Below are positions 1 to 9,414 of a stretch of DNA of 32,000 nucleotides, piece by piece. The DNA is taken from assembly GCF_000008645.1 (NCBI RefSeq), contig NC_000916.1:840001-872000 (forward strand). The letters run 5' to 3'. The position numbers and the translations under genes are program-made. Source of the DNA: Methanothermobacter thermautotrophicus str. Delta H. GTDB lineage: Archaea; Methanobacteriota; Methanobacteria; Methanobacteriales; Methanothermobacteraceae. Positions within the stretch are counted from its first letter, which is position 1. Each line of letters starts with the position of its first letter. The notes under the pieces were generated by a model that was not told where the DNA came from, searched no databases, and was given only the letters and a program-made list of their open reading frames with translations.

Positions 1-451
1 GTCTCCAAATGTCTCGTGAAGTTTCCTTACAAACGCCGGTTGAAACCCAAGCAAAGCAACTCTGTCATATCCCAGCAATTCAAGGTAATCTGAAAGTAAT
101 TCAGCACACCTTTCAGGAGCGTTTCCAGTGCAGTGAACTGTCCTATCAATGAAACCCTTTCTTCCTCATGAGTGCATTGAAAGTAGCTATCAAACACGAT
201 TGTTTCCCTTTTACTAAAAGTTCCCCGAGGGTTCCTCTGAAATGAGTGGGAGTAGCTGTGAAGCACTCCCCTACAGTACCATCTTCAAGAGTCGCTCTGA
301 GCATGACCTCTCTCCCCTCAACAAGAGGATAATCCTTGATGGTTGATGTATCAAGGAGAGGGTTCTTCACAGAGATCTCGACATATGTGGACTCCATGGC
401 TGACGAATGTATCAGATAGTTCATTTTATCCCTGATAAACTCATGTATCAT
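1..451 (-). pseudogene. DUF4213/DUF364-type protein, frameshifted near position 155 and truncated by the window edge
   Basis: ORF 146..451 encodes a DUF4213-like N-terminus ending NALMRKKGFH*. A +1 shift at the AAAGGG tract continues as FIDRTVHCTGNAPERCAELLSDYLELLGYDRVALLGFQPAFVRKLHETFGD to the window edge, a typical DUF4213/DUF364 continuation. Confidence 0.75.
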
Positions 452-472
452 GGTATCAGATCCTGGTTTAAA

Positions 473-1255
473 TCAGAAAATGACTTTGAACCCCCATTTT
501 TCCCATATAACCCTGGCCTCATCTGATTTAATGTATTCAACGAATTCTTTTGATGTTTCAACGTTTCCTGAAATTGAAGTGACCGCTGCGGGTATTGTCT
601 GGTTCTTTGCTCCCTCGATTTCAATCATTTCCAGCTTTGATTTACTGTTGTTCCATGTCAACATGTCCTCCCATATTATAACTGCATCTACCTGTCCTGA
701 GAGGATGTATGTTAAGAGCTGATTAACTGTCGGAGTCTTCGCAACTAAATTTTCATTTATATTTACGCCCTCTTTATCAAGCATTTTCTGGGCGACTTTG
801 CCTATCGCGCATGCCTTGGGATCTCCTATCGCAACTCTCACGTTTTCTTTACCCAGATCTTTAAGGGAGGTTATGTTCTTCGGATTTCCCCTTTTAACGG
901 CTATGACGGGTTTATGTGAGGTCACATTCACAATGGTATCATTGATTATGTAACCCTTTTCTTTTGCCTTGTCCATTGTCGTATATTCGCCTGTTATGAG
1001 TACATCGCCCTTTTTTGATGTCATCAGTGTTGCAAGAAGTTCTCCTGAACCCCCATACTGAACATTAACCTTTTTTCCTGTCTTTTTCTCAAAATTAGTT
1101 ATTATCTCATTCATTGGTTTCATGAGCCCTGCCCCTGCAAGGACTGTGATCTCTGATCCCTTCATAGTCTTTGAATTTCCTGTGATAAGATACGCTCCTG
1201 TAACCGCTGAAAGGATCAGCAACCCTATTACAAACGCCATTATCTTCTTATCCAT
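473..1255 (-). CDS. ModA-like periplasmic molybdate/tungstate ABC transporter substrate-binding protein
   Basis: 260 aa; hydrophobic N-terminal signal segment; ITVLAGAGLMKPMNEIITNFEKKTGKKVNVQYGGSGELLATL...GDVLITGEY... typical of the ModA/extracellular solute-binding fold; SD GGAGG upstream of the ATG. Confidence 0.88.
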   Translation of the reverse strand: MDKKIMAFVIGLLILSAVTGAYLITGNSKTMKGSEITVLAGAGLMKPMNEIITNFEKKTGKKVNVQYGGSGELLATLMTSKKGDVLITGEYTTMDKAKEKGYIINDTIVNVTSHKPVIAVKRGNPKNITSLKDLGKENVRVAIGDPKACAIGKVAQKMLDKEGVNINENLVAKTPTVNQLLTYILSGQVDAVIIWEDMLTWNNSKSKLEMIEIEGAKNQTIPAAVTSISGNVETSKEFVEYIKSDEARVIWEKWGFKVIF

Positions 1256-1257
1256 GA

Positions 1258-1968
1258 TCAGGCCTCCATTACCCTGTAGATTATTCCTCCATCTTTTTCA
1301 TGTAACATGCCCTCATTGAACCTTATTTTCTTTAGAATATTAACAGGATCAGTTATTTCAACCCCTGCAATCATATCAACCCCGTATTCAAAAAAAACAT
1401 CTGTCATTGGCGTTGTGGGTCCTATGATAGCCACAAAAGCATCAAGTTCTGCCAGTGCAAGGTAACGTTCTGTGCTGTGATTGACCAGTGTGCTGCCAGT
1501 CACTGCAAGTACATCAACCCGGGGGATAATCTGTTCAGCCGCTGTTTCAGGAAAAACACCCCTTTTAGGATTGACCTTAAATGGATTGATCTCCAGAATA
1601 TAGAACTCGTCCGAAACCGTCCTTATCCTGTCAGTGTAGCGGCGTGGGAATTCACCCACCATAGCGATTTTTCGATTTCGGCATTCCTCCATCAGTATAT
1701 CAAATGCATTGCATCGTTTACCACCTCCCTCGATCACTGAGTTAACAGTAGCAATTCCCAGGCTGGAATAAAATGGGTCCCATGACCTTGAAAGTTCAAG
1801 TAATTCATGAGTCATCTCTGGAATTTCAAAATCTCTGATGAATCCATTATTACTGGCTATACCGCAGGAGCTGCTCCAAACAGCCGTCCATGATCTGCCT
1901 ATGGCCACATCCCTTACTCTGATTTCAGGCATGTTCTCAATCTCATCCAGTATATCATCAAGTATCAT
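1258..1968 (-). CDS. DUF364 (DUF4213/DUF364-type) putative heavy-metal chelation protein
   Basis: Protein from MILDDILDEIENMPEIRVRDVAIGRSW...; contains IVPRVDVLAVTGSTLVNHS-like Rossmann segment (IIPRVDVLAVTGSTLVNHSTERYL) and GPTTPMTDVFFEYGVDMIAGVEITDP typical of DUF364. Start moved to 1968 because the upstream extension is unlikely. Confidence 0.8.
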   Translation of the reverse strand: MILDDILDEIENMPEIRVRDVAIGRSWTAVWSSSCGIASNNGFIRDFEIPEMTHELLELSRSWDPFYSSLGIATVNSVIEGGGKRCNAFDILMEECRNRKIAMVGEFPRRYTDRIRTVSDEFYILEINPFKVNPKRGVFPETAAEQIIPRVDVLAVTGSTLVNHSTERYLALAELDAFVAIIGPTTPMTDVFFEYGVDMIAGVEITDPVNILKKIRFNEGMLHEKDGGIIYRVMEA

Positions 1969-2000
1969 AATAGCACCAGTATAATGGCAATTTCGGGCAT

Positions 2001-2999
2001 TTATTTCTGGAGTGCCGTCTTTATGATGTGTTCCCATGCCACTGACTTTAGATTCCTGATCCTTAGTTCAGACCTTTCAATAGAGAGGAGTCCATCGGGA
2101 CAGACACTGGAGCATGCTCCGCAGAATACGCAGAATTTCTCATCGATCCGGGCAGTACCATTTATTATACTGATTGCATTACAGGGACAAACATCCACAC
2201 ACGCGTGGCATGACTCACCCCTGCATCGCTCATCTGCCTGGCTTATGGTTCCTCTGATGGGTTTTTTAACGGTGATCGCATTTGCCGGGCATATTTCCAT
2301 ACACCAACCACAGTGAGCACATCTTTCATCAATTGTTATGACAGCACCCTCAACAGTGGCCTTCAGTTCCTCATTATACATGCATGTCAGACAGCTCATA
2401 CGGATGGCGCCAACAGGACATATCCTTTTGCATATGCCACAGTAGAGACATTTATCCTCATCCACCCGGATTCCATCGGCTATCGCCATATTTGATGAAT
2501 CCGGGTCTCTCCAGCTTATTTCAATGGCTGATGCAGGACACATAGCTGCACATTCACCACAATAGATGCATTTTTCCATTGATACATTTATCTCCCCTTT
2601 TACAAGGGATTTACGTTCAGGAAGATCCCTGATGGTTAAGAGTGCATTCCTTGGACATGCATCGGCGCAATTACCGCATAAAAAGCATTTTTCGTCATCA
2701 ATTTCAAGTTTAAAGTCCCAGAACGGATATTCATCGGCGCCCCTTATGCTTTTACCATCCTTCTGGAGATCTATGGCTCCGAAGATGCATACTGAAGCAC
2801 ATAACCCACATAGAACACACTTCTCCTTGTTGAAGGACACTCTGTTCATTTTGATTAAACCCCTCGCTATTGGGAGAAGAGGAGCTCTATCTATAGCGTT
2901 CACAGGGCATGTCTCTGAACATAACCCACAACCCGTGCATAGATCCGGATTGTAATTCAATGTCCTCCTTTCAGAACCCATCCTTTCATTAACCAACAT
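2001..2999 (-). CDS. Polyferredoxin with eight 4Fe-4S cysteine motifs
   Basis: Eight CxxCxxCxxxC-type motifs counted: CTGCGLCSETC, CVLCGLCASVC, CFLCGNCADAC, CIYCGECAAMC, CLYCGICKRIC, CAHCGWCMEIC, (CRGES)CHACVDVC, CVFCGACSSVC. SD GAGGT upstream of ATG 2999. Confidence 0.93.
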   Translation of the reverse strand: MLVNERMGSERRTLNYNPDLCTGCGLCSETCPVNAIDRAPLLPIARGLIKMNRVSFNKEKCVLCGLCASVCIFGAIDLQKDGKSIRGADEYPFWDFKLEIDDEKCFLCGNCADACPRNALLTIRDLPERKSLVKGEINVSMEKCIYCGECAAMCPASAIEISWRDPDSSNMAIADGIRVDEDKCLYCGICKRICPVGAIRMSCLTCMYNEELKATVEGAVITIDERCAHCGWCMEICPANAITVKKPIRGTISQADERCRGESCHACVDVCPCNAISIINGTARIDEKFCVFCGACSSVCPDGLLSIERSELRIRNLKSVAWEHIIKTALQK

Positions 3000-3192
3000 C
3001 AGTATCTACCTCAGAAATAGCGCCGTTTGGACAGTTAGAGATGCAAAGCCTACAATTATCACATTTATCATTTATCACAAGGGGAAACCCGTTGTCCTCA
3101 ATTATTGCATCCTTTTCACAGATGAGAATGCAGAGGCCTTTTCCCGCGCAGTTTTCAACACCGCTACATTTCTCCCTATTGATGACTATCAT
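2989..3192 (-). CDS. Small ferredoxin-like 4Fe-4S protein
   Basis: MIVINREKCSGVENCAGKGLCILICEKDAIIEDNGFPLVINDKCDNCRLCISNCPNGAISEVD; start taken at internal ATG 3192; overlaps the start of the polyferredoxin; TATA-like TTTATATA about 50 nt upstream. Confidence 0.85.
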   Translation of the reverse strand: MIVINREKCSGVENCAGKGLCILICEKDAIIEDNGFPLVINDKCDNCRLCISNCPNGAISEVDTDVG

Positions 3193-3361
3193 AGACCAAC
3201 CTCGAAATGTAATTTTTTGCATATCGTATATTCCACAGGTCCATATATAAATCTTTCTTAATGGACCTCATGAAAACAGTACTGTTTTACATGGCAGCTG
3301 AGGACCCCCGCAGTTATAATGGATATCCTCACGTATTTCCTGAAAAATAAAAAAATTGAAA

Positions 3362-6300
3362 TTAATCTGTTCTTCCAGGTCCAAAGAAGTACCCCAGACC
3401 TAGAAGGCCCACTATCGCCACTATACCAACTATGGCATAGACAGGTAGCCCGGTCTCCGGGTTAGCTGAACCTGAGGCGCTGCTGACCTCATAGGCCTTA
3501 CCCTGGTTTTCGCCCGCTGAGGAATGAGTTGCTGCCTCCACTCCAGGTGCTGATGTTGAAACATCTGAATCCTGTGATTCCTCGTGATGTGGCTCCCCGT
3601 TGTCTGCTGATGTACCCGGTGCCTGTGGCTGTCCTGGATTTGATGGTGCTGTGGGTGTGGATCCTCCATCGGAGGATGGTGCGAATGCTGAGCTCTTTGT
3701 GGCAGCGTAAAGCTTCTCCCTGACCCTTGAGAGAAGGTCCGGGTTCAGGTACTGCATGGCCCATTCCATCATGGCGATGTTGCCGCAACTGCAGTCACAG
3801 CATGCCACACCATTCTCTGCTATTGCCTGGGCCCACGTGGTGGCTATGAGACGCTTTGTGGCATCATCGGGGTTCCAGTATCCTCGGTGTATCGCTGTGA
3901 GCATCGTCCCTGTCATGCTTATCATTGCATAGCTGTTCCTACCCTGGGATAACCAGTCCTTAACTCCAAGTCCATATCTATCCCTTATGTATATGTCCAC
4001 TGTCTCCTCCCACATCCAGTCCGAGATTGTCTCGGGGCTCATTACATTCCAGCCCCAGAGGTTGGCCACGAAGTTGTTTGAGATCTCCCTTGCACCTGCG
4101 TATCCACTCTGCATCATTGCCTGTATCCATCTTGGGTTGTAGTAGCGTGACTGGAGCTCCCTGTAGAGGAACTGGTTCAGTGTCTCTATTCTGGCATTTG
4201 AGGGATTCACCTGGTTTATTATGTACATACCAGGGACCCTGCCGCCTGCCGCCTCAACTGCAAGCCTGAAGCCACCCAGGAACTCAAAGTTATGGTCCAC
4301 GTCCACGACCCCGTAGAGGTTGGTTGATCTTGAGTGGTACACACCCTCAACGTCCCTGAGTCTCATAGTGAGGACCTCCTCAAGGCTCACTCCCCAGCCA
4401 TCCTCACTGAGGGCATACTTCATGCTGTCAATGTACAGTCTTCCAAGCTCTGTCCTTTCCTCCCAGGTCCAGTCCTGCTGGACTGCCTCAGGAAGCCTTG
4501 TACCGTAGTTACCCAGTGATGGCCCAAAGAGCCTGGATATGGCTGCAATTCCTGCATCCTCTGGTTTCATGCCGAGTTTAATGAGCTCCTTAACATCATA
4601 TAGCCAGTGCCTTGCAATGGGGTTCCTGTCAAGGGGATCACTTCCCGGTATGAACAAACCTGCCTTCTGTATACTTGAGACCGAGGCGTTGAGTGCTGCG
4701 AGGAGCATGGTCCTGTTCTCTGCTGATTCCTGGTTTATGGCAGCCATCAGGGTATTGAATGATGCTGCCAGCGCCACCCTTGATGCCCTGTCCAGGAGGA
4801 CTCCCAGCAGCGGGAAGGTTTCCCTGAATATCCCTGATGTGGTCATGAGGACATCGACCCTTGACCTGTTGAGGACTGTCAGTGGTGTTGCCCTCACACC
4901 CATGACTGAACCTCCGAAGCCATAGATTGGTTCGAGTCCCATGAGCCTCAGGATGAAGGCAACCGTAGCACCCTTATCGTTCTGTGTCTCAGTCGCCCAT
5001 ATGACAACACCGAGCTGTTCGGGTGTTGCATTGTATGCTCTGAGCGCCTCATCAGCAAGCATGGAGCCCCTTATCCATGCGGCCTGTGTTGGAAGAAGTG
5101 AAGGATCCTCACCGTAGAGGTTTCCTCCCGTTGGAACCGCTGCTGGGTTCCTGATTGGGTCTCCCCCAGCTATGGGTGGTATGTAGCCACCTGCAAGGGC
5201 CTGAAGGAGCATCTGCCTCTCCCTTGCCCCTGAGCCCTTGATGTTCAGGACATCATTGAGGGTCATATTCAGGGCTGTTATCTCTGTTGCTGTGAGGTTT
5301 CTTCCGAGAACTGCCTGGAGCTCCGCCATGAGGGTCTGAAGTGACTTTCCACTGTAAAATTCTAGTATAAGATCTTCCACGGTCCTGTTTATTCCTGAGA
5401 GTGCCTGTGTCACCGAGAGGAAGGTGTTGTTACCGGCGCTTATCCTTGGAACACTGGCCATTGATTTTACCATGATGGTAAGCTGTGTCTGGTTCAGGTC
5501 CCTTCCAAATACGTAGAGACCAAGTGGCATCATTGTGCCCTCAAGTTCCCTTATGTAGTCGTCGATTCTATCAACCAGTTCATCCGGGTCAAGGTTGAGG
5601 TCAATGATGGTATCAAGGTGGAGCTGGACTGCCTTCTCCCTTATGAGCCTTATCTCCTCTGACCTGTTGCCTGGAGCTGCATGGTACTGGTCTATGAGCG
5701 TCTTGAGTGAGGCAATGTCCCCGTAGATTTCTGTTGCCTCGAGTGGTGGTGTCAGGTGGCTTATGCTCACAGCAAGACCCCTTCTCTTGGCGTGTATGAC
5801 CTCCCCGACACCATCCATGATGTAGATGTAGATGCTTGGAATGCCTCCAAGGCATATGTCAGGGTAATCTGCACCGGATAGTGCTGATTCCTTCCTTGGG
5901 AGCCACTCATAGGTGCCATGCCGTCCGAGGTGTATCATTGCATCTGCGCCGAACTCTGTCTGAAGGTATGCATAGAAGGCAAGGTACTGGTGGTGGGGTG
6001 GCACTATCTGGCTGTGGTAGAGTTTATCCACGTCGCCTTCCCATCCTCGCTGTGGCTGAGGACCCACAAAGACGTTTCCATAGAACATGCCAGGTATAAC
6101 AAGGTACCTCTTACCGTTCCTCTCAACCGTCATTATGTTTCCTGGTGGTGCTCCCCATCCACAGAGTCCCGGGACCCTGAGGGCCAGGAATGCTGATTTT
6201 GCACTGTAGAAAACATCCCACTGATTCAGTCCACTGTAAATATTCTTGAGGGCATTGTAGGCCCTGTTAACCTGGTTCTTTGCCTCTGATCCGTTGCTGA

Positions 6301-8362
6301 TCTGCATGTCATCTATCGTTGTTATCAGTGAACTCTGCCACCTGTCCAGTGTTTCGAGGAGTTTCGGGTTTTCAGTGGAGTACCTGAAGAGTGCTTCGAT
6401 GTAGCCGAAGGGTCCCTCCTCGATTTCTCTCCTTGCAAGCTCAGGTAGTCTGCTGTACCATTCCATGTACCTCTCTACGTCCCATAGTATGGTTGAATTT
6501 GCAAGCCTCTCAAGTTCACCGGGAGCCCAGTTTGCAATGTTGAGTCCCCTCGCCATCATCTCTGTGAGGAGATCATCAACACATGAAGGTGCTCCTCTGA
6601 CGGTGTAGTTGTTTTCCTGCAGAAGGCCCAGTATCTCAAGTATTGATGAGGGACCATCCAGGTAACTTGCACCTGCAAGGTTCTGCTTCCCTGGTGGATA
6701 GTTGTAGTAGATTAGGGCAACCTTCTTATCTGCATTTGAGAGGAACCTTAACCTCAGCCAGGAGTATACCCTGTCTGCAAAGGTTTCTACGCGCTCATCA
6801 ATGGGCTGATAGCATTCAACCTCCAGACCGGTTACGGTATCTATGGTCTTACGGGTCGATGCTGTTACCATTGTGAGTATCTGGCCCTGGAACTCCGGGA
6901 GCACGATCTGGCTTGTTATGCTTGTAAAGTCCATCCCTGAATCTGAGATGTACCATGTTTCCTCACTGTCGGAGACCACAAGTGATCTGAAGACCAGTAT
7001 ATTGTTGTCCATAATCATCCTTTCAGCGATTGCAGCGGTGGCGCCTCCAATCTTAAATGACTGGAGCGTTATGAGCCCCTGAATCCTTGTCCTGTTTTGA
7101 GAGTCAAAGAAGTAGCTCCTCATTGCATTTATGACCGGTGTTCCGTCAACAGGGTTACCCTGAGCTATAGTTGCTATGACATTTATGCCCCTTGACTCCA
7201 TTTCACTGATGAGTCTGTCGAGCATGAGGAGGTCACCGCGCTCCCATGTGAGTGCCATCCATGAGGTTATACCCACCGTGGGTCTTCCAGGCGTTAAGAA
7301 CTGCTCATAGTCTGTGAAGTTGTAGTAAAGTCTGCCGTTGCGGTAGAGGGCATACTTCGGAACTATTACCGGTTCTGTGAAGTTGTAGCCTCTTCCAGGG
7401 AATGCCAGTGCCAGGAGGTACATGAGACCCTGCTCCCTGTTCTCAGGTGATGCTGTGTCTGATGTCTTGTATTCCTGGAATTTAAGGTAGGATGCCATTG
7501 CAGGGTACTGCTGCTGCAGCTCCCTCAGCACCATTAGCGGTGTCTTTGGTGGCACTGCCCTTGAAACTGAATCAAAGATTGCCTGGAGCTGACTGTCTGT
7601 TAGTTCCGTGCCATTGGCATCAACGAACCTCGTATTGTTTATGTTTGTGAGCCTTGTAACCGGAAAACAGTGATATGGATTGGGGTAGGCCGCTATCACC
7701 TTACCATTAAGTTTTCCCTGACTCTTCATTGACATCAGCAGGTCAGGTACAGGACCGCTTGGACCGTTTGTTGTCTGTACGTTGCTTATGTAGACTATAT
7801 CAGCCCATTCTATGAGCTGTTCTGTCTCTGTGAGGTTCATCCTCGTCTGGTCAGTGTTTCTCACCTTTATGGTTATCTCAGGGTGCTTCTGCATTATGTT
7901 TTTCACTGGCTGGATGAGCTGCCCTGCCTCTGTTGGCCAGGATATTATTAAAAACCGTATCTCCGGCGGATCAAAGATACTGACACCGGCCAGTGGCTCG
8001 TCTCCATCATCAAAGATGGTGTTGTCGTTTAAATCTGCATAGAGCCTCCCTGTTATCTTCGAATCACTGAGGGATGCTTCAAGAATCATTTTTCCGCTTC
8101 TTGCAGATGCATTTGATGATGCTGACACTGTTACCCTGAGCATGTCATCGAATCTGTGCCTTTCAGGTAGTGTCCGGCCATCAACCCAGACAACATGACT
8201 GTCGCCAGTCACATTTTCAAATGCGAATCTCCCCTCGCTGTCTGTGATGTTGAATGGGGTTCCTCCTTCACCTCCATCAATCTCTGCAGCCATGCTTGAT
8301 CCCTGTAGCATGAAAACGAAAACCACTGTTATCAGTAGAGTAACACTTCGTTTTCTAATCAT
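3362..8362 (-). CDS. Secreted, membrane-anchored CobN-like (cobaltochelatase/magnesium chelatase H family) protein
   Basis: 1666 aa from ATG 8362 with SD AAGGAGGTG. N-terminal signal peptide (MIRKRSVTLLITVVFVFMLQGSSMAA). CobN-family segments such as IIPPHHQYLAFYAYLQTEFGADAMIHLGRHGTYEWLPRKESALSGADYPDICLGGIPSIYIYIMDGVGEVIHAKRRG. C-terminal Ser/Pro/Thr-rich linker and TM helix (PVYAIVGIVAIVGLLGLGYFF). Confidence 0.93.
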   Translation of the reverse strand: MIRKRSVTLLITVVFVFMLQGSSMAAEIDGGEGGTPFNITDSEGRFAFENVTGDSHVVWVDGRTLPERHRFDDMLRVTVSASSNASARSGKMILEASLSDSKITGRLYADLNDNTIFDDGDEPLAGVSIFDPPEIRFLIISWPTEAGQLIQPVKNIMQKHPEITIKVRNTDQTRMNLTETEQLIEWADIVYISNVQTTNGPSGPVPDLLMSMKSQGKLNGKVIAAYPNPYHCFPVTRLTNINNTRFVDANGTELTDSQLQAIFDSVSRAVPPKTPLMVLRELQQQYPAMASYLKFQEYKTSDTASPENREQGLMYLLALAFPGRGYNFTEPVIVPKYALYRNGRLYYNFTDYEQFLTPGRPTVGITSWMALTWERGDLLMLDRLISEMESRGINVIATIAQGNPVDGTPVINAMRSYFFDSQNRTRIQGLITLQSFKIGGATAAIAERMIMDNNILVFRSLVVSDSEETWYISDSGMDFTSITSQIVLPEFQGQILTMVTASTRKTIDTVTGLEVECYQPIDERVETFADRVYSWLRLRFLSNADKKVALIYYNYPPGKQNLAGASYLDGPSSILEILGLLQENNYTVRGAPSCVDDLLTEMMARGLNIANWAPGELERLANSTILWDVERYMEWYSRLPELARREIEEGPFGYIEALFRYSTENPKLLETLDRWQSSLITTIDDMQISNGSEAKNQVNRAYNALKNIYSGLNQWDVFYSAKSAFLALRVPGLCGWGAPPGNIMTVERNGKRYLVIPGMFYGNVFVGPQPQRGWEGDVDKLYHSQIVPPHHQYLAFYAYLQTEFGADAMIHLGRHGTYEWLPRKESALSGADYPDICLGGIPSIYIYIMDGVGEVIHAKRRGLAVSISHLTPPLEATEIYGDIASLKTLIDQYHAAPGNRSEEIRLIREKAVQLHLDTIIDLNLDPDELVDRIDDYIRELEGTMMPLGLYVFGRDLNQTQLTIMVKSMASVPRISAGNNTFLSVTQALSGINRTVEDLILEFYSGKSLQTLMAELQAVLGRNLTATEITALNMTLNDVLNIKGSGARERQMLLQALAGGYIPPIAGGDPIRNPAAVPTGGNLYGEDPSLLPTQAAWIRGSMLADEALRAYNATPEQLGVVIWATETQNDKGATVAFILRLMGLEPIYGFGGSVMGVRATPLTVLNRSRVDVLMTTSGIFRETFPLLGVLLDRASRVALAASFNTLMAAINQESAENRTMLLAALNASVSSIQKAGLFIPGSDPLDRNPIARHWLYDVKELIKLGMKPEDAGIAAISRLFGPSLGNYGTRLPEAVQQDWTWEERTELGRLYIDSMKYALSEDGWGVSLEEVLTMRLRDVEGVYHSRSTNLYGVVDVDHNFEFLGGFRLAVEAAGGRVPGMYIINQVNPSNARIETLNQFLYRELQSRYYNPRWIQAMMQSGYAGAREISNNFVANLWGWNVMSPETISDWMWEETVDIYIRDRYGLGVKDWLSQGRNSYAMISMTGTMLTAIHRGYWNPDDATKRLIATTWAQAIAENGVACCDCSCGNIAMMEWAMQYLNPDLLSRVREKLYAATKSSAFAPSSDGGSTPTAPSNPGQPQAPGTSADNGEPHHEESQDSDVSTSAPGVEAATHSSAGENQGKAYEVSSASGSANPETGLPVYAIVGIVAIVGLLGLGYFFGPGRTD

Positions 8363-8718
8363 TTTCACCTCCTTTATAGTTTTTACAATTGTGGATATGG
8401 TATGAAGATTATTTAAGACTTTTTATTAATTTTTTTATTACATATTCTTGCTCTAATAAAAATTAAGTAATAATTATATGAAAATTTAATACATTCATCA
8501 CGCGTTATTGCATAATTAATGAATATTTTATCTGCATTTATGTATTACCGATGTATGTAACTCAAGAAATTAAAAATTTTTATAAATATAACGGCAAGGT
8601 TAAAGCCCTTTAAACGTTTCAGAAAAATTCTGAATCGATCAATCAACTGAAGAGGCCATTTAGTGCCATTCAACGCACCTGTATGTAATAATTATAGTTA
8701 ATAAATTAATCACAGGGG

Positions 8719-9414
8719 CTAGATCTCCAGCGTTACCATGAGGGGTATATGATCAGATAACCTTGGCCTGGTCTCTATGATTTCACCTGCCGGGGGGTGC
8801 CAGACGTCAAGGATCTTCACTCCTTCCGGGACAAAGAGGTAATCAATCTGGTATTTCCCCCCGTTAGGTGTCATGAATGTGAATGGATCTTCCTCCTCCC
8901 TGAGAACATCCCTGAATCCAAGTTCAGAGAGTCTTCCGGTCATCTCCTCAGCAAGGAGTGCTAACCTCCTCAGGGATGGGCTGAAGTTTTTATTGATGTT
9001 GAAATCACCGCCAATTATGATCAGGTCCTCTCCCTCCTCAATGTAGTTATAGAGGAGGTCAAGGAACTCAGAAAAGTCACTATCTGCTGGCCCAATGTAA
9101 TTGTATATGCTAAAGAGGGAAAGACTATTTCCTCCGATTTCTATTCTGCAGGAAACATAAAAATCTTCTATACAGTGGTTGTCTGAGATTTCAAGGTAGT
9201 TCCTTTTCATGGAATCCAGCATGAGATCCTTATGAAGAAGTAATGTGTTCATCTCCCCGCGGAAGGTATGGTAATTCCACCTTACCTCATTGGGTATCAT
9301 GTAGACCTCCTGGAAAAATCCTGCATCAAATTCCAGTTCCCCCATATAACTCCAGAGTTTCCTCCGCCTGTAGGATGCCCGGTTCAGGTTCCATGTCAGA
9401 ACCTTAAGTTCCAT
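8719..9414 (-). CDS. Endonuclease/exonuclease/phosphatase (EEP) family protein
   Basis: LKVLTWNLNRASYRRRK...FQEV...IIIGGDFNI...QIDYLFV...RLSDHIPLMV: standard EEP motifs; SD GGGGGTGA before ATG 9414. Confidence 0.87.
   Translation of the reverse strand: MELKVLTWNLNRASYRRRKLWSYMGELEFDAGFFQEVYMIPNEVRWNYHTFRGEMNTLLLHKDLMLDSMKRNYLEISDNHCIEDFYVSCRIEIGGNSLSLFSIYNYIGPADSDFSEFLDLLYNYIEEGEDLIIIGGDFNINKNFSPSLRRLALLAEEMTGRLSELGFRDVLREEEDPFTFMTPNGGKYQIDYLFVPEGVKILDVWHPPAGEIIETRPRLSDHIPLMVTLEI

Noticed and set aside
27-266. 79-aa minus-strand ORF at the left edge
   Set aside because: Wrong frame; the coherent DUF4213/DUF364 peptide is in the other frame after a one-base shift.
3430-6196. Several plus-strand ORFs (3430..3669, 3498..3788, 4027..4269, 4539..4925, 5836..6099, etc.)
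   Set aside because: All are antisense to the CobN-like gene, whose family similarity and continuous frame are clear.
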